Assembly (NCBI GenBank): GCA_951406725.2
Contig: OX597836.1
Coordinates: forward strand, 37,200,001-37,264,000
DNA length: 64,000 bases
Direction: 5' to 3'
From: Octopus vulgaris
Taxonomy: Eukaryota
The notes beneath the pieces were generated by a model. The model did not search any database, was not told the origin of the DNA, and was given only the letters and a program-made list of their open reading frames with translations. Both the position numbers and the translations under genes were made by a program. Positions 1 to 14,038 of the stretch are shown here, one piece after another. Positions within the stretch are counted from its first letter, which is position 1. Every line of letters starts with the position of its first letter.

Positions 1-354
1 GCTAATTGCATTGTAGAAATCTAATGAAGTTTACAGTAGATCATTCGGCGAAATGGATAATTAAATTTTAAATAGTTGTATCGTTATTAGGTAATATCTA
101 ATAAATGAATTTGCCAGACAATGGGTAATGATATTCGCCATTGTGTTAGATAATATATATATAGTTATTGATGTGAACGAAGACTCCATAAAGCATTTTT
201 AGGTAATACTTTAAATACTTATTCTATCACTAGATGACATCATCGTATAGTAACTGGAGTTGATATAAATATTGGTGTATATTAAGAATTGGTAATTGGC
301 GAAAGGAGGTGGAGCTTCCCTCGCGGTTGCTAGACAAGCTACAAGTAGCGATCC

Positions 355-575
355 TACTCTTACTCTTTTATTCTTTTAACCTGTTTCAGTCATTTGACTG
401 CGGTCATGCTGGAGCGCCGCCTTTAGTCGAGCAAATCGACACCCAGGACTTATTCTTTGTAAGCCCAGTACTTATTCTATCGGTCTCTTTTTTGCCGAAC
501 CGCTAAGTGACGGGGACGTAAACACACCAGCATCGGTTCTCAAGCAATGCTAGGGGGACAAACACAGGCACACAA

Positions 576-640
<65 letters not shown>

Positions 641-813
641 CATATATACGACAGGCTTCTTTCAGTTTCCGTCTACCAAATCCACTCACAAGGCATTGGT
701 CGGCCCGGGGCTATAGCAGAAGACACTTGCCCAAGATGCCACGCAGTGGGACTGAACCCGGAACCATGTGGTTGGTAAGCAAGCTACTTACCACACAGCC
801 ACTCCTACGCCTA
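355..813 (-). mobile_element. SINE family A, full length (tRNA-like head, internal microsatellite, (TAAAAGAG)n tail)
   Basis: Minus strand starts AGGCGTAGGAGTGGCTGTGTGGTAAG (A box) ... GGTTCCGGGTTCAGTCCC (B box); near-identical to copies at 19311 and 20977. Confidence 0.9.
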
Positions 814-977
814 TTGATTTTAAATTACAAACTTCATCCAGAAGTAGGATACATGAAGTTATAAGGTATTCGAGTGCTTCAATAGTGATACAGATGAAAT
901 GAGAATCGTTGGAAGGCTTTTGATGCTAAATCTATCTCTTAGGACTGATTTGCACTTAAAGTATAACTGACTTTCTC

Positions 978-1365
978 GAGTGGAGGCGCAATAGCCCAGT
1001 GGTTAGGGCAGCGGACTCGCGGTCATAGGATCGCGGCTTCGATTCCAGACCGGGTGTTGTGAGTGTTTATTGAGCGAAAACACCTAAAGCCCCCATGAGG
1101 CTCCGGCACTGGATGGTGGTGATCCCTGTTGTACTCTTTCACCACAACTTTCACTCACTCTCTTACTTCCTGTTTCTGTTGTACCTGTATTTCAAAGGGC
1201 CGGCCTTGTCACTCTCTGTGTCACGCTGAATATCCCCGAGAACTACGTTAAAGGTACACGTGTCTGTGGAGTGCTCAGCCACTTACACGTTAATTTCACG
1301 AGCAGGCTGTTCCGTTGATTCGGATCAACCGGAAACCTCGTCGGCGTAACCGACGGAGTGCTTCC
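978..1365 (+). mobile_element. SINE family B (tRNA-derived head) with 15-bp TSD
   Basis: Head GGAGGCGCAATAGCCCAGTGGTTAGGGCAGCGGACTCGC...TTCGATTCC; ATAACTGACTTTCTC repeated at 963-977 and 1366-1380. Confidence 0.9.
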
Positions 1366-2399
1366 ATAACTGACTTTCTCAACTGATTCAGACACTGAAG
1401 CCAACGGGAAGATTTTTTCCCTATGTAATGTAAGAAAAGAATTCAACGCAAGTCAATGAAATCATGTTATTTTATTTAAATAGAATTTTGTTTCATCTCA
1501 GATATTAAAGTAGCATTTGATACATTTATCTTAAATGTATCTTAAAGGTTTGTGTTTGGGGTTGAATTTATGGCTTTCACATTTATGACTTTATGGCTTT
1601 CACATTTATGACTTGCCCTTCCTCTCTCTATAAATAGAAAAATTCTTGTATGTCTCCATTGAACCAAATAAGAAACCCCCTCCCCATTGATAAATCTAAA
1701 TAACAAAGTGAACTCAGTGATAAAATATCTGCCTATGGGGAAAGACCTTCTACTACCATGTTCTTAATGGTGAAATTAACCTCTCCGTCTATACATCTAC
1801 CCTTTTTGTAATGTTGGCAAATGGAATAGGTATAAAAATGTATATTGTCTATTTATTTTAAAAATTCTATATGTGGCTGAAGATTGCTCTACATTTTAAA
1901 ACCGATGTAATACTTGCCTTGTTTAATAAAATGAAACGATTGTACTACACTACCTTGGATATCCTTGTTGCTTATTTTGATTATATATATACCTACATAT
2001 ATATATATATATATATATTTGTGTTTGTGTGTGTGTATGTGTCTACAATATTCTCAGTGAAGATTATTATCATTGCGTGTCTTTGTTAATACCCAACATT
2101 CATAGTTGTAAGAGATATGCCTTCGGCTCTAGTTCTCTTGTAAACTGATTAAATCGAAGTCCACCTATCTATAGTAGTTTAGTCTGGACAATAATTAAGA
2201 CTTGCTATTAAATATAAAACTTAATATACATCATTATATACGTATAGCCGAAGATAGATTGTGCATTAGCAGGATGAAAAGAAAGGCAGCGGGGGAAAAT
2301 GCCATGAAGGTGTGTTACGTAGTTCATGGTATTTAGTTTCGGTGTTCGAATCACTCCATGACAAAATCTTCATTTACTCTTTCAAGAGGGCAATAAATA

Positions 2400-2797
2400 A
2401 ATATCCTTTCTATTATAGGCACAAGGCCTGAAATTTTGGGGAATGGATATTCAATTACATCGACCCTAGTATTCAACTGGTACTAATCTTATCGACCCCG
2501 AAAGGATGAAAGGTAAAGTCGACTTCGGCGGAATTTGAACTCAGAATGTATCGATGAGTGAAATACGTATTTCTTTACTACCCACAAGGGGCTAAACACA
2601 GAGGGGACAAACAAGGACAGACAAACGGATTAAGTCGATTATATGGACCCCAGTGCGTAACTGGTACTTAATTTATCGACACCGAAAAAAATGAAGGGCA
2701 AAGTCGACCTCGGGGGAATTTGAACTCAGAACGTAGCGGCAGACGAAATACCGCTAGGTATTTTGTGCAGCGTGCCAACAATTCTGCCAGCTCGCTG
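2400..2797 (-). mobile_element. SINE family C, head-to-tail dimer
   Basis: Head GCGAGCTGGCAGAA, B box GAGTTCAAATTCC, core GTCGACTTTGCCTTTCATCCTTTCGGGGTCGAT present twice. Confidence 0.9.
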
Positions 2798-2984
2798 GCA
2801 ATAATTAAGTATCAATTACAAGAATCTATAGATTTTATGAATTTGAAATAATAAACCTCATGATTTTGCTTGTCCATTCTTGCTCTCTACATTTTGACAT
2901 ATTCCGAAACAGGTGGCAGCAACATTACTAATCATATCAGATCACTGTATAAGAAAGGTAAGGACACATTCATCCACGCAACAC

Positions 2985-2985
2985 C

Positions 2986-3043
<58 letters not shown>

Positions 3044-3070
3044 GTAATAATAATAATAGTAATAATAATA

Positions 3071-3101
<31 letters not shown>

Positions 3102-3139
3102 TAGTAATAATAATAATAATAATAGTAATAATAATAATA

Positions 3140-3204
<65 letters not shown>

Positions 3205-3208
3205 AATA

Positions 3209-3258
<50 letters not shown>
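2985..3258. repeat. (AAT)n microsatellite
   Basis: Direct reading; source of the poly-I and poly-Y ORFs. Confidence 0.98.
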
Positions 3259-3260
<2 letters not shown>

Positions 3261-3513
3261 ATATTTTATGTTTTAACATTTGTTTGTATCAGTCACGAAA
3301 TTTCAGTTATGCTGGGGTAATACCATGAAATGTTTTAGTGTAATCAATCGATATTTATTCTTTCACGGTCTTTCGCCGATATGCTAAGTTACGAGGACGT
3401 AAACAACTCAACACCGGTTGTCAAATGGTGGGGAGGAGCAGAAACACACAAATGTGTATGAGTATATGCATATATACAGATTTAACAATATCATGTTTAG
3501 AAACATATACATC

Positions 3514-3819
3514 TAGAGGTTCCCATTTTGGGAGGTATTGCCCTGTTGGAGGCGGTGGAAAGTTCCAAGGGGGCGCTGAAGAAAAGTGGGGCGATAATGG
3601 GGAAGCGACTCATCTAAAAAGTGGGGTGATAATGGCATGGCGATTCACGTGAAAGCAACAAAATAATGAGTTCATTAGGTTAAGTTTTATTTGTGAAATA
3701 GAATTACTTTGAATTTGCTTGAGAAAGGTTTGTGTTTGTGATGGTTGGTTGGGGTGGGAGCGCTAGGAATGTGGTCTGGGTGCCAAAGGGGGGTCCCAGA
3801 AAAATTTTGGGAACCATTT
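3514..3819. mobile_element. Possible hAT/Charlie-like MITE
   Basis: G-rich ~300 bp bounded by AGAGGTTCCCA...TGGGAACCATT, resembling Charlie-type termini; no clear 8-bp TSD. Confidence 0.4.
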
Positions 3820-4464
3820 CTCTTTTATTATTAAATAATGAAAGAGAAATTCCGTCTGTCCATCTTGGACTCCTGTGTCTCAGCCTATATTTGCTCTACA
3901 GAGACATATTATACACTTTTGGAATCAGGATACTCCCAGGATTGAAAATCTGCCCTTCATTTCGTTCTTGGATATCCAGCATTGAGATTTAACTTTAAAT
4001 CATTTGAGTTGCTATTTCTAGCAGTTAAAGCTTCGCTGTCTCATGCCATCTTGGTGGCGTTTGTCAGATGACGACAGATATCAAGGGGGAATAAACGACG
4101 TTCGCTTCGTTAATTTTATGCCGAGAGAAGAACTTTGAGACAAGTTGGTCAACAGCTGGAATCAAACTTAGGACTGGAACAATAGAATTATTGCATTGCA
4201 AAATTAATTCTCATCCATCCTTAACCTCTGATCAAACACCATCGGGGCATATAGTCATTATAAGCCTATTATAGTCATGTTATTTTGCTCTCTTTATTTT
4301 GGGGGTGCAGTCCCAATTTACCCTCCGCAGAAGCTAGCTTAAAAGTCCAAACAGAGTGCAGCGTTTTAGCCAGTCATTAATATAACATTGTTGTCGTTCT
4401 TCACTGCATATTATTTCACTTTAGCAAATCTATAAGGCATCTGGCAGTCAGGGTTCCTTATATA

Positions 4465-5155
4465 TATTTCTTTACTGCCCACAAGTGGCTAAACATAGAG
4501 GGAACAAACAAGGTCAAACAAACGGATTAATTCGGTTACATCGACCCCAGTGCTAAAATGGTACTTTATTTATCGACCCCGAAAGGATGAAAGGCAAAGT
4601 CGAATTTTAACTCAGAACGTAACGACAGACGAAATACCGCTAAGCATTCCGCCCGGCCTGCTAAAGTTTCTGCAAGCTCGCCGCCATATATATTCGAATC
4701 TTTAGGCATCATCGTGGGTAAGATTTGTTCGTTGCGTTTCTTCCGTCTTTATATTCTGTGCTCAAATTCCGCGGGCTCGATGAAAATAAGTACCAGTTAT
4801 GTTCTGTGCCTAGAATATATTTCTTAATTACCCACAAGGGGCTACACATAGAGGGGACAAACAAGGACGGACAAAGGGATTAAATCGATTACATCGACGC
4901 CAGTGCGTTACTGGTACTTAATTTATCGACCCCGGAAGGATGAAAGGCAAAGTCGACAGGAGAGTTATGCCGAACAAAATTGTTCTCAGATTTCTTTTAG
5001 CTTTATGCTCTATGTTTAAATTCCGCCGAGGTCGATTTTGCCTTTCATCCTTTCGGGGTTGTTAACAATAATTACCAGTTAAGCATTGAGGCCGATGCAA
5101 TCGATTATCCCAGTGCCAAAATTTCAGGCCTGTTGCCTTTAATAGAATGGATTAT
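4465..5155. mobile_element. Cluster of four SINE C copies/fragments in alternating orientation
   Basis: Minus 4465-4685, plus ~4715-4800, minus 4818-4957, plus ~4990-5155; all share the SINE C core. Confidence 0.85.
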
Positions 5156-6376
5156 TGGATTATTATGACTTCTATTCTTTCTTATCATGGAACCTGTTTT
5201 CTATGATGAGATGTCTGGTTATCTATTCAGAAACTACAGCAGCTGCAATACTTAAATATACATATCTTACTTTTCAAATTAAGATTTAAAATCTTATCTT
5301 CTCCATTATTTACTGTGTAGGAAATATGACCTTTGATAAAGTTTATACCAAAGAAAATAATTATGGAGACGTGTCACTAGAAATATTTTTAACTGACAAA
5401 ATATTTTCATACTTGAAAATCATTACAATAAATTAATTATTTAATATTCAGATTAACTCTTACGTTATCTAAATCAACGGTCTGTCAGCTTTCAAACTGA
5501 ATATGAAAATCATTTCTAAATGGACAGACTAAATGGAATCTGAAAATAAATTCCTTGATATGCATATCTCCTTAAATTGGAAACAAAATCGATTAAACCT
5601 AAGTGGCAGTGCTTAGGTATAAATATATTTCATTACAGACTTTAATACTTTATCTGTTTTAACGTCTACTCTAAGTTGGCGTTATAATTAGAGTCGATGA
5701 AGATGTATTGCATAGAATATGAAATTTGAATAAAACCAATGTATAATATAACAGTTCGGAGTGTTTCTGACAGAAATATCAGATTTATATAAATCTCATG
5801 TATTTAACAAGAAGCTTAGTGTCTTCTTATATCTTCACTCCATAATAACCTTATAAATATAAACATTTATAGAATATCTTTTAACTTTATAAATTTAAAT
5901 TATCCAGTTATCATAATTCACACACGACATAACTCGGAGGTCATTGATACCGTGGCATAAACAATAGCGGAAATAATACAATGTATAATATCTAATACCA
6001 CTGCCACGTACAAATAACACTTCTTACTTACAAACTTGATATAATTCAGCACTGAAATGTAAATCCCTCTTTCTTTATATAACCGACATATAAGACGAAT
6101 ACATATACTCAGCTCTGATTAAGCTTCTTTAAGCTTAGTCTTCTTTATCATCGTCGTCTCATCGTCCTGTTTACAAAGTCGCATTAATACTTGACTATTT
6201 GCTGTATTCGTCTTCGTTATTGTAACGTACAGGCATGTTTCATTTTTCCTTATGTTCATTACGAACATCAAGCTGCAAAATCTCCGGCTGAACACATACA
6301 TCCATTAACGTTAAGGATCTGGGAGGACTTGTAAGGAGAGTGGAGGAGAGCGCTCTTCTTTCTAAGTAATAATAAT

Positions 6377-6449
<73 letters not shown>

Positions 6450-6451
<2 letters not shown>

Positions 6452-6608
6452 CCCTTCTACTATAGGCACAAGGCCTAATTTTTTTTGTGGGGGAAGTCGA
6501 TTAAATCGACCCCAGTACACAAGTTGTACTTAATTCATCGACCCCCGAAATGATGAGAGGCAAAGTCGACCTCGGTGGAATTAGATCTCAAAACGGAGCA
6601 ACGGAGGA
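6450..6608 (-). mobile_element. SINE C partial copy adjoining (AAT)n
   Basis: Contains CCTTCTACTATAGGCACAAGGCC and GGCAAAGTCGACCTCGG. Confidence 0.8.
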
Positions 6609-6941
6609 AAGGTATTCATAGAGGTTTGGATAATTAGCCTTTGGAAACATGAGTTGTTCGTTCAACATCCTTAAACAATCTTTATTCAGGGACCTCTTGA
6701 GCGGGATGGGTTACTCGACCAGAATAAGATTCTAACTGGGTCCCACCTGCATGGTCATGTGCTGTTTATCTTCATATGAGATCACCATGTCGCGAACATA
6801 TGGTTGTGATGCATGTGCCTAGTGTAACTTTATCAGACGGGTAGTCATGATGAGTATACTGGGCTTCGTATATTTTACCCCAGTGTCACTTTGATGGCAT
6901 GCACTGCTCTCTAACTCAATAATAATAATAATAATATTATT

Positions 6942-6979
<38 letters not shown>

Positions 6980-7482
6980 TAATAATAGTAATAATAAACA
7001 TTGTTTTGTCTTGGTATAAAAGATGGGCTACAGCAAATATTCTGCTCAATACGATAGATTTGCTTGTCAGTTGCTTGACCATAACCAGTTGAACATGTCC
7101 TTTGGTGGCTGGCGATATGTGCATCTCTGATCACGAGCAGAAGTAGTGGGGGAGCATCATAGCCATGTGTTGAGAGGGATTATTTGGGGTTTGAATAATT
7201 CACCTCTGGAAACATGGGTGTTTCGTTCAACATCCTTAAACAACCCTTATTCAGGGACCTTTTGAGGAGGATGGGTTACGCGACCAGAAGAAAATTCTAA
7301 CTGGGCCCCACCTGCAAGGTCATGTGCTGTTTATCTTGATATGAAATCACCATGTCACGAACATATGGTTGTGATGCATGTGCCTGGTGTACCTTTATCA
7401 GCCGGGTTGTCATGGTGGGTATATTGGGCTTGCTATATTTTACCCCAATGACACTTTGATGATATGCACTGCTCTCCCACAC
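6609..7482. mobile_element. Two partial copies of an unclassified ~0.55-kb non-coding repeat associated with (AAT)n
   Basis: 6609-6917 repeats the distal part of 6998-7482; same family at 40935-41278 and 42118-42609; ends abut (AAT)n. Confidence 0.85.
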
Positions 7483-7545
<63 letters not shown>

Positions 7546-8082
7546 CCGGTAGGATTACTTGCCAGGACCAATGCAATTCCCATATGTACCGATCGAGCGA
7601 CGCACCATAAATGTCTGACTTGGGTTTGTCACATTTATCTTTTGCTGGATGAGATATCACATCTGCAAACAGCATGGGTAATGATGATAGCAGTATTTCG
7701 TAAATTGAACTGCGTGATATTGGCCGTTAACTGTTTGCTATCTGTTCATCCGTTCAATGGTATTCGGTATTGGTTGTATATGATTCATTTGCAGAAATAG
7801 TTAACATTCACCATGTTGCATCCTTTTATGTCAGCATACTCTGGCTCGCGTGGTCACTTTTTAATTAACACATGCCAAGGACTCTTAAAGGTGATACCAT
7901 TCTGGGTCAGAGGTAGACCAGGGGAAAATACTGGCTAAAGGTTGATTCCACGTTCCTCAAAACTCTGAAATTCACGAATGAGGGCTCCATTACCGGATGT
8001 AGTTTAAAGTCATACCCAGGACAAGGATAAATAATAAAATATAAGAAAACATGTTCATTTCTAAGAAACAAACAAAAGCTGT

Positions 8083-8308
8083 TCGATTCACTTCAACATT
8101 TAAGTTTAATTTGTCAAAATATTTTCGTCGCTTTAAGACCGCGACCTGACGAAAATATTTTGACAAATTAAACTTAAATGTTGAAGTGAATCTAACGGTT
8201 TTTGTGTGTTTCTTAAATGGCTTACAAACACCTTCTACGCTGCAAATGTTTTCGTTTCAGCACACGATCTCAGATCAAATCACTTGCTATGCAAGTACAT
8301 CTCCGTAA
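8083..8308. mobile_element. PLE-type terminus with ~45-bp inverted arms and a half-hammerhead
   Basis: GATTCACTTCAACATTTAAGTTTAATTTGTCAAAATATTTTCGTC ... GACGAAAATATTTTGACAAATTAAACTTAAATGTTGAAGTGAATC; second copy at 60385-60660. Confidence 0.7.
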
Positions 8309-8859
8309 TATTCATTTCTAATGCATATAAATGGTGAATAGAAGGGTCAGGGGAAGATGGAATAAGATTCATTTTTCATAATGAGTAATGGTCTTTTACA
8401 TTCTGAGTTCGCAACTCATCGGAAGTTTCTGATTTCCTCATTTTCTGCTCGGCCAATGAAATAAAGACAACTCCAGTCAAGAGGTTATGCCCGTACAATC
8501 GAGGTTGTTGTTGAAGACACTATTATGGCATGGTAAATATCAAGAACCCGTGGAATAATTCACGAATATGATATAGAAGCGACCAGCCATGTACCCAGTT
8601 ACATACAAGATGATTATAGAAAGTATCAGAGTAAAAGCTATGAATTTATAATTGAAATCATTACTCCCTATGGTTAGATAAACAATAGATTAGGTTGTTG
8701 GATAAATAGCTAAACAACTGACGAACAATTTAAAAGAATTGATTTTGAATCAGCGACCGAGATTATTATCTGTTTCAACACAAAATTTCACATTAACAAA
8801 CTTGCTATCTAAATACGCCCCCTCATATATACATACATATATATATATATGTATGTATG

Positions 8860-8919
<60 letters not shown>

Positions 8920-8946
8920 GGTATATATATATATATATATATATAT

Positions 8947-9179
8947 ACCGGAGTAAACACATAAATGTGAAACAAGGTAGAAAAAAGAGTACTCAAATAC
9001 CAGTGGTAGAGTAATATGCTTGATTTAAAGCAGCAGACGATTCAACAAAACCTGTTACTCTGAGTTTCACGTTGCCGTTCGTCGGTCGGACAAGCAAAAA
9101 CTGTCCGACGAACGGCAACGCGAAACTCAGAAACTCAGAGTAACAGGTTTTGTTGAATTTTCTGCTGCTTTAAATAAAG

Positions 9180-9180
<1 letters not shown>
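8947..9180. mobile_element. (TA)n-embedded PLE-type terminus: inverted repeat with two hammerhead motifs
   Basis: Arms ~9017-9085 and 9101-9179. Motif CTGT-CCGACGA-ACG(GCAA)CGY-GAAA-CTCAGAG-TA-ACAG; each copy has a small internal duplication. Confidence 0.8.
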
Positions 9181-9214
<34 letters not shown>

Positions 9215-9246
9215 GTATATATGTATATATATAAATATATATATAT

Positions 9247-9366
9247 GGATGCGCGATGGCCCAGTGGGGTGGCGTCATTTGAAGGCTAAAACAATTTGAA
9301 GCGCATTGTGACCAGGGATGTGTAGTAACATCTGATAGCCTGGTCGGTCACGGTGATCACGGTGAT
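9247..9366 (+). mobile_element. SINE B (second tail type), internally deleted
   Basis: A-box remnant GGCCCAGTGG fused to the tail also seen at 51274-51380. Confidence 0.75.
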
Positions 9367-9428
9367 ATATATATATATAAGAGTGTGTGCGCGCTGCGTG
9401 TGTGTGTGTCTGTGTGCGTGTGTACACA

Positions 9429-10457
9429 CAGGGATCGGACAAAATAATGGAAACACCTTAAAATTTCAAACGAATTTATTTTACTATGGGGTAGGACCGA
9501 CTTTGGCAGTAATTTCAGCTTGAATTCTACGAGGTATGGACTCAAACAAAGTTTGAATTGTTTCCAAAGGAATTTTGACCTTTCTTCTGCTAAAATAGTC
9601 TCCAGTTCTTGTAGTGATGATGGTGGAAGATATTAACTCCTTACTTGTTTTTTTAAAATGCGCCATAAATGTTCAATAATATTGAGATCTGGGGACTGTG
9701 GTGGCCAGATAAGATGTTCAACTTCACTAGAATATCCCTCGTGCCATTCAGTAACAACTTTAGCTGTGTGAATTGGTGCATTATCATCCTGAAAGATGGC
9801 GTTTCCCTCCGGAAACAGTTCAATTTGATCAATAAATTTATCTGATCAATTTGATCGGATAAAATGCTTAAATAGTCTTCACTATTAATTCTGCCATGAA
9901 GAGAAACCATTGGGCCGGCAGATTTCCAAAATGTAGTTCCCATATCATCACAGATCCCCCTCCATGTTTAACAGTTTTAAGAATGCAGTTTGGGTCAAGT
10001 GCTTCTTTTGGCTGGCTCCATACGTATACTCTGTCGGTGGTGGAAAAAAAGGTAAACGATGACTCGTCCGAGAAAATAACATTCTTCTACTGCATTAGGG
10101 ACCAGGTCTGTAGCTGGTTTCACTCTATTCTAAACGCTTTGCAAGTTTTGGTTTTGAAAGTAGTGGTTTTCGGATTGTAGCCCTCTCGTGAAATCCCGCT
10201 TTGTGCAGCTCATAGCGAACAGTTTTTGAGGAAACTGGGTTCTCGAGGTGGTCCGGTAGATCTATCATTTTAATGAACTTTAATTACCTTTTTTTGATGA
10301 TATATGAAAAGAAATAGCAATTTCAGCAAAATTTATTAAGCAACACTAATAATAAATAATAAGAACATAAAAATAAACAAGCTTTTGACGGTTTTATAGA
10401 TATTTCGAGATTATGATGTTATGATGCTAGGTGTTACATTATTTTATCCAACCCCTG
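9429..10457 (-). mobile_element. Tc1-family transposon, internally deleted and decayed
   Basis: TIRs CAGGGATCGGACAAAATAATGGAAACACC / GGTGTTACATTATTTTATCCAACCCCTG followed by TA. Minus-strand motifs [31 protein letters not shown]. Confidence 0.92.
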
Positions 10458-10467
10458 TATATATGTG

Positions 10468-10510
<43 letters not shown>

Positions 10511-10513
10511 GTA

Positions 10514-10608
<95 letters not shown>

Positions 10609-11020
10609 TTATATATTTATATATATAAAGAGAATGAGAGAGAGGGAGAGACGGACAGACAGACATGTACATAGATAGCTAGGTAGATATAGATAAAGAT
10701 ATATACATACATATATATATGTATATATTTGTATGTAAGTATGTATGTATGCATGTATGTATGTATGTATGTATGTACTTTTGTATGTATATATTGAGTT
10801 TAAAGGTCGCTAGAGTTTTGGAAAAATCTTTTAATTTATTCATTATTATTAGCCTTTCGTTCGTTTCTCGAACTTGTCAAATAGAAATTCTTGAATGTAC
10901 AAGCGGCTTATTCATTTCTATATGTTGGTTTGTGGAGAAGGATCAGAAGGGGTGAACATTGATTTTGTTTTGGTTGGGGTTGTTTTTTTTTTGGTGGGTT
11001 GTCTTTCCATAGTAGTGGAT

Positions 11021-11136
<116 letters not shown>

Positions 11137-11423
11137 GTAGGTAGGTAGAGAGAAGGGGAGGGAAGGAAGGGAGTGTCTCTTCCTAGTTACCATTCATTTA
11201 TTCATTTAGCATTTATTATTGTATTGAAATGGATTTAAAGATGGTGACCTCTTCAAGAAAAAAAAACAACTGTATGAGTTTTTGAATACTTACTCTCTTT
11301 TTTCTCCTACTTACCTTCTTTCTTCCTTTTTCTCCTTTTTGTCCTCTTTCCTTCTTTTCCCCCTCCTTTTTCTTCTCTTTGACTTATGTTTATAATACAA
11401 AATGTACTGTCTCGGCTTTTCTT

Positions 11424-12358
11424 TCAAACATTTAATTTTGGAGAGAATTTTTGCGGGAAATGCAGTTTCATTGTTTTCCGGTTTTCCAGATCGCCCCGTG
11501 CACATTTTTAAAAGGGACAAATTTTGAATCTTCCGTCGCTGCGTATTTCTAGATGCTTAATTAATGGAACCTTGCGCAATTCCTCTTGTCGGATATGTTG
11601 CCTGTGGTTTCTTGCCCGTTGGCAGAGGGAATTATTTGTTTCGTCAATGTAATTTTCTTTGCAGTTTGGACAGGTAATGCAGTACATAAGGTTTTGCGTT
11701 TTGCAGTTCATATCTAGATTTATTTTGAAAAGGGATCCATTCTCGAATTTTATGTGGGAACCACTTTGTAAGTATTTATAGTTGTTGTTGCTGCATGTTC
11801 CATATCTGTCTCCACATTCTTTTAATAAGAATTCTGATTCATCCTCCGAATTTAAATTCTGCTCTTGTGAGGTGTTATTTAAGATTTTTGATTGACGTCA
11901 AATATTCCGTAAGGTGTTTTTTCAATCAGATTTTTCATTTTAGGATTAATTAATGAGGGAATTAAGAAGGCGATGAAACTGAGCATCACCCAAGTACGGA
12001 CACATAAGGAAAAAGTAAATGAAGACACGATTCCGTTCGTTAACACACACAGTCAGGGAATAACCAACGTCTTTTACGCCATAAAATCGAACTTACTATA
12101 CTCTCACAAAGACCCAAAATGAAAAATCTGATTGTAAACAAAAATACCCTACGGAATAGTAGACGCCAATCAAAAATCTTAAAAAACACTTCACAAGAGC
12201 AGAATTGAATTCGGAGGATAGATCAGGATTCTTATTAAAAGAATGTGAAGATAGGAGCAACAATAACTTTAAATACTTACAGAGTGGTTCCCTATTCAAA
12301 ATAAATGTAGATATGAACTGCAAAACGCAAAACCTTAGGTACTGCATTACCTGCCCAA
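11424..12358. mobile_element. Penelope-like element fragment (linker plus GIY-YIG endonuclease) with inversion
   Basis: Minus ORF MNCKTQNLMYCITCPNCKENYIDETNNSLCQRARNHR...KFSPKLNV* fits a PLE GIY-YIG domain. Plus strand 11955-12358 carries the upstream linker (TIPFVNTH) and repeats NCKTQNLRYCITC. Confidence 0.85.
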
Positions 12359-12359
12359 G

Positions 12360-12609
12360 TTCAACATCTTGCCTGACGAGCACAGTCCTCAGATCTCACT
12401 ATTATTGAAAATTTATGGTACATATTAATATATTTCATCACTACAAGAACTGAAGAATGGGCAAAATTTCTTTGGAAACAATTCAACCTTTGTATGAATC
12501 CATAACTCGTAGAATTCAAGCTGAAATTACTGCCAAAGTCGGTCCTACCCCATATGAAAATAAATTTGTTTGAAATTTTAAGGAGCTTCCATTATTTTCT
12601 CCAACCTGT
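12360..12609 (+). mobile_element. Tc1 3' end fragment (same family as 9429)
   Basis: CAGTCCTCAGATCTC (SPDL-like) and TIR TTCCATTATTTTCTCCAACC. Confidence 0.8.
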
Positions 12610-12649
12610 CTATGTATGTATATATATAAATGTATGTATGTATGTTTAT

Positions 12650-13530
12650 ATTGGACCATGCGATTTTTTATACTTTTACTTTTCAAAATTAAGATATACA
12701 GACTACTTTTCAAATTTAAAATATACTCTCCTTCATTTTCTACACTGCTCTTCCATCTATCTGGTAAATTTGCAAGGGCTCTCTTCCAGGATTCACTTGT
12801 CCATGATGAAAACTACTCTTCCAGTACTGTTCTGACCTCGTCTAGAGAATTCATATTGTTTCCGTTCAAATGATTTTGAAGACTGCGGAATAAATGATAA
12901 TCAAGTGGGGCAATGCCCGGTGAATATGCTGGCTGGGGCATCGTTTCCCATTGAAACAGTCCAGTCTTTGGAATGTCATCCTCGCTATATGTGGCCGAGC
13001 ATAATCCTGATGGAAAACACCTTTCGTCTTGAAACCAAAGATGGTAGTTTCCCGATGGCACGCAGGTTGAATGAACAAATGCAATCTTCTCTGCTACTTC
13101 CTCAACAGTTGCGATGTTCCACCAAGGTTCCAAGCACGTCCTTGACGAGCTCTACAGATCTTCCTGGAGGAGGCTCGTCTTCTAGGTTGTAGTTTCCGGA
13201 TCAGAATTTCTGAAACTACCATTGACACTGGCTTACGCTTCTTGTCCCATCCCCATATATTGCATAAATATTCCTTGCCCTTCTTGCCTTTATTGAACTC
13301 ATTAAGTAAAACACACCGAATATGCCCCTCCATTATTACAGCCATTATAACTTTAAAAATGATAACTGTTAAAACCGAACTGCATACTTCAAAAGTTGCA
13401 CTAAGAATAAGAACAAAGTAAAATTACTAACTGCTTTTATAGCAAGTTGATGCCGGTAGTTTATCCCGTCCCCCTCCGACTTTTAGTTCATGCAAGTGAA
13501 ACAAACCACATTACTTATGGGATGAGTGTA
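12650..13530 (-). mobile_element. mariner (DD34D type) deletion derivative
   Basis: Remnants HIRCVLLNEFNKG, HQDYARPH, YSPGIAPLDYHLFRSLQNHL; second copy at 46997-47913. Confidence 0.9.
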
Positions 13531-13539
13531 ACAACATGT

Positions 13540-13717
13540 GTTTTGTTGGCGATTTTTGTCCTCCGTCTTACTTTTCTCTTGGACTTTCCTCCTCTCTATC
13601 GCTTTTTTCTGAAAAAGAGTTTTACTCGAAACGTAAAACACCCTTTCTCTCCTTCCCTGAGCGTATTTGTATGTATCACGTCCACGCGTTGTTGTCTTTT
13701 TTCTTGCGTTTTTAGTA

Positions 13718-13722
<5 letters not shown>
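13540..13722 (+). mobile_element. PLE-type terminus with degenerate hammerhead (13605-13638)
   Basis: TTT-CTGAAAA-A-GAGT(TTT)ACTC-GAAA-CG-TA-AAA; related to 46700-46905 and 48980-49188. Confidence 0.65.
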
Positions 13723-13812
<90 letters not shown>

Positions 13813-13992
13813 AAATATTAGGGAATAAATCCAAATTTACAGGGAAAATCCGATTTAGGATTGAATCCAATTTTATAGTAAAATATTATATAATATTAAT
13901 TAGAGACAAAACCACTATTTTGCAAATCAAACAAAGAAAGACTTAATCCAATACATAAAAATTTCAATATAAATTAAATAAAATTATATTCG

Positions 13993-14038
13993 CCACTACA
14001 ATTGTTTCATGTCTCTTCTCAGGACATTCATCAGGTGG
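13993..14038 (-). ncRNA. Minimal type I hammerhead ribozyme, canonical core
   Basis: CCAC-CTGATGA-ATGTC(CTGAGAAGA)GACAT-GAAA-CAATTG-TA-GTGG: stems I and II pair, stem III is palindromic, cleavage triplet GUA. Confidence 0.88.
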
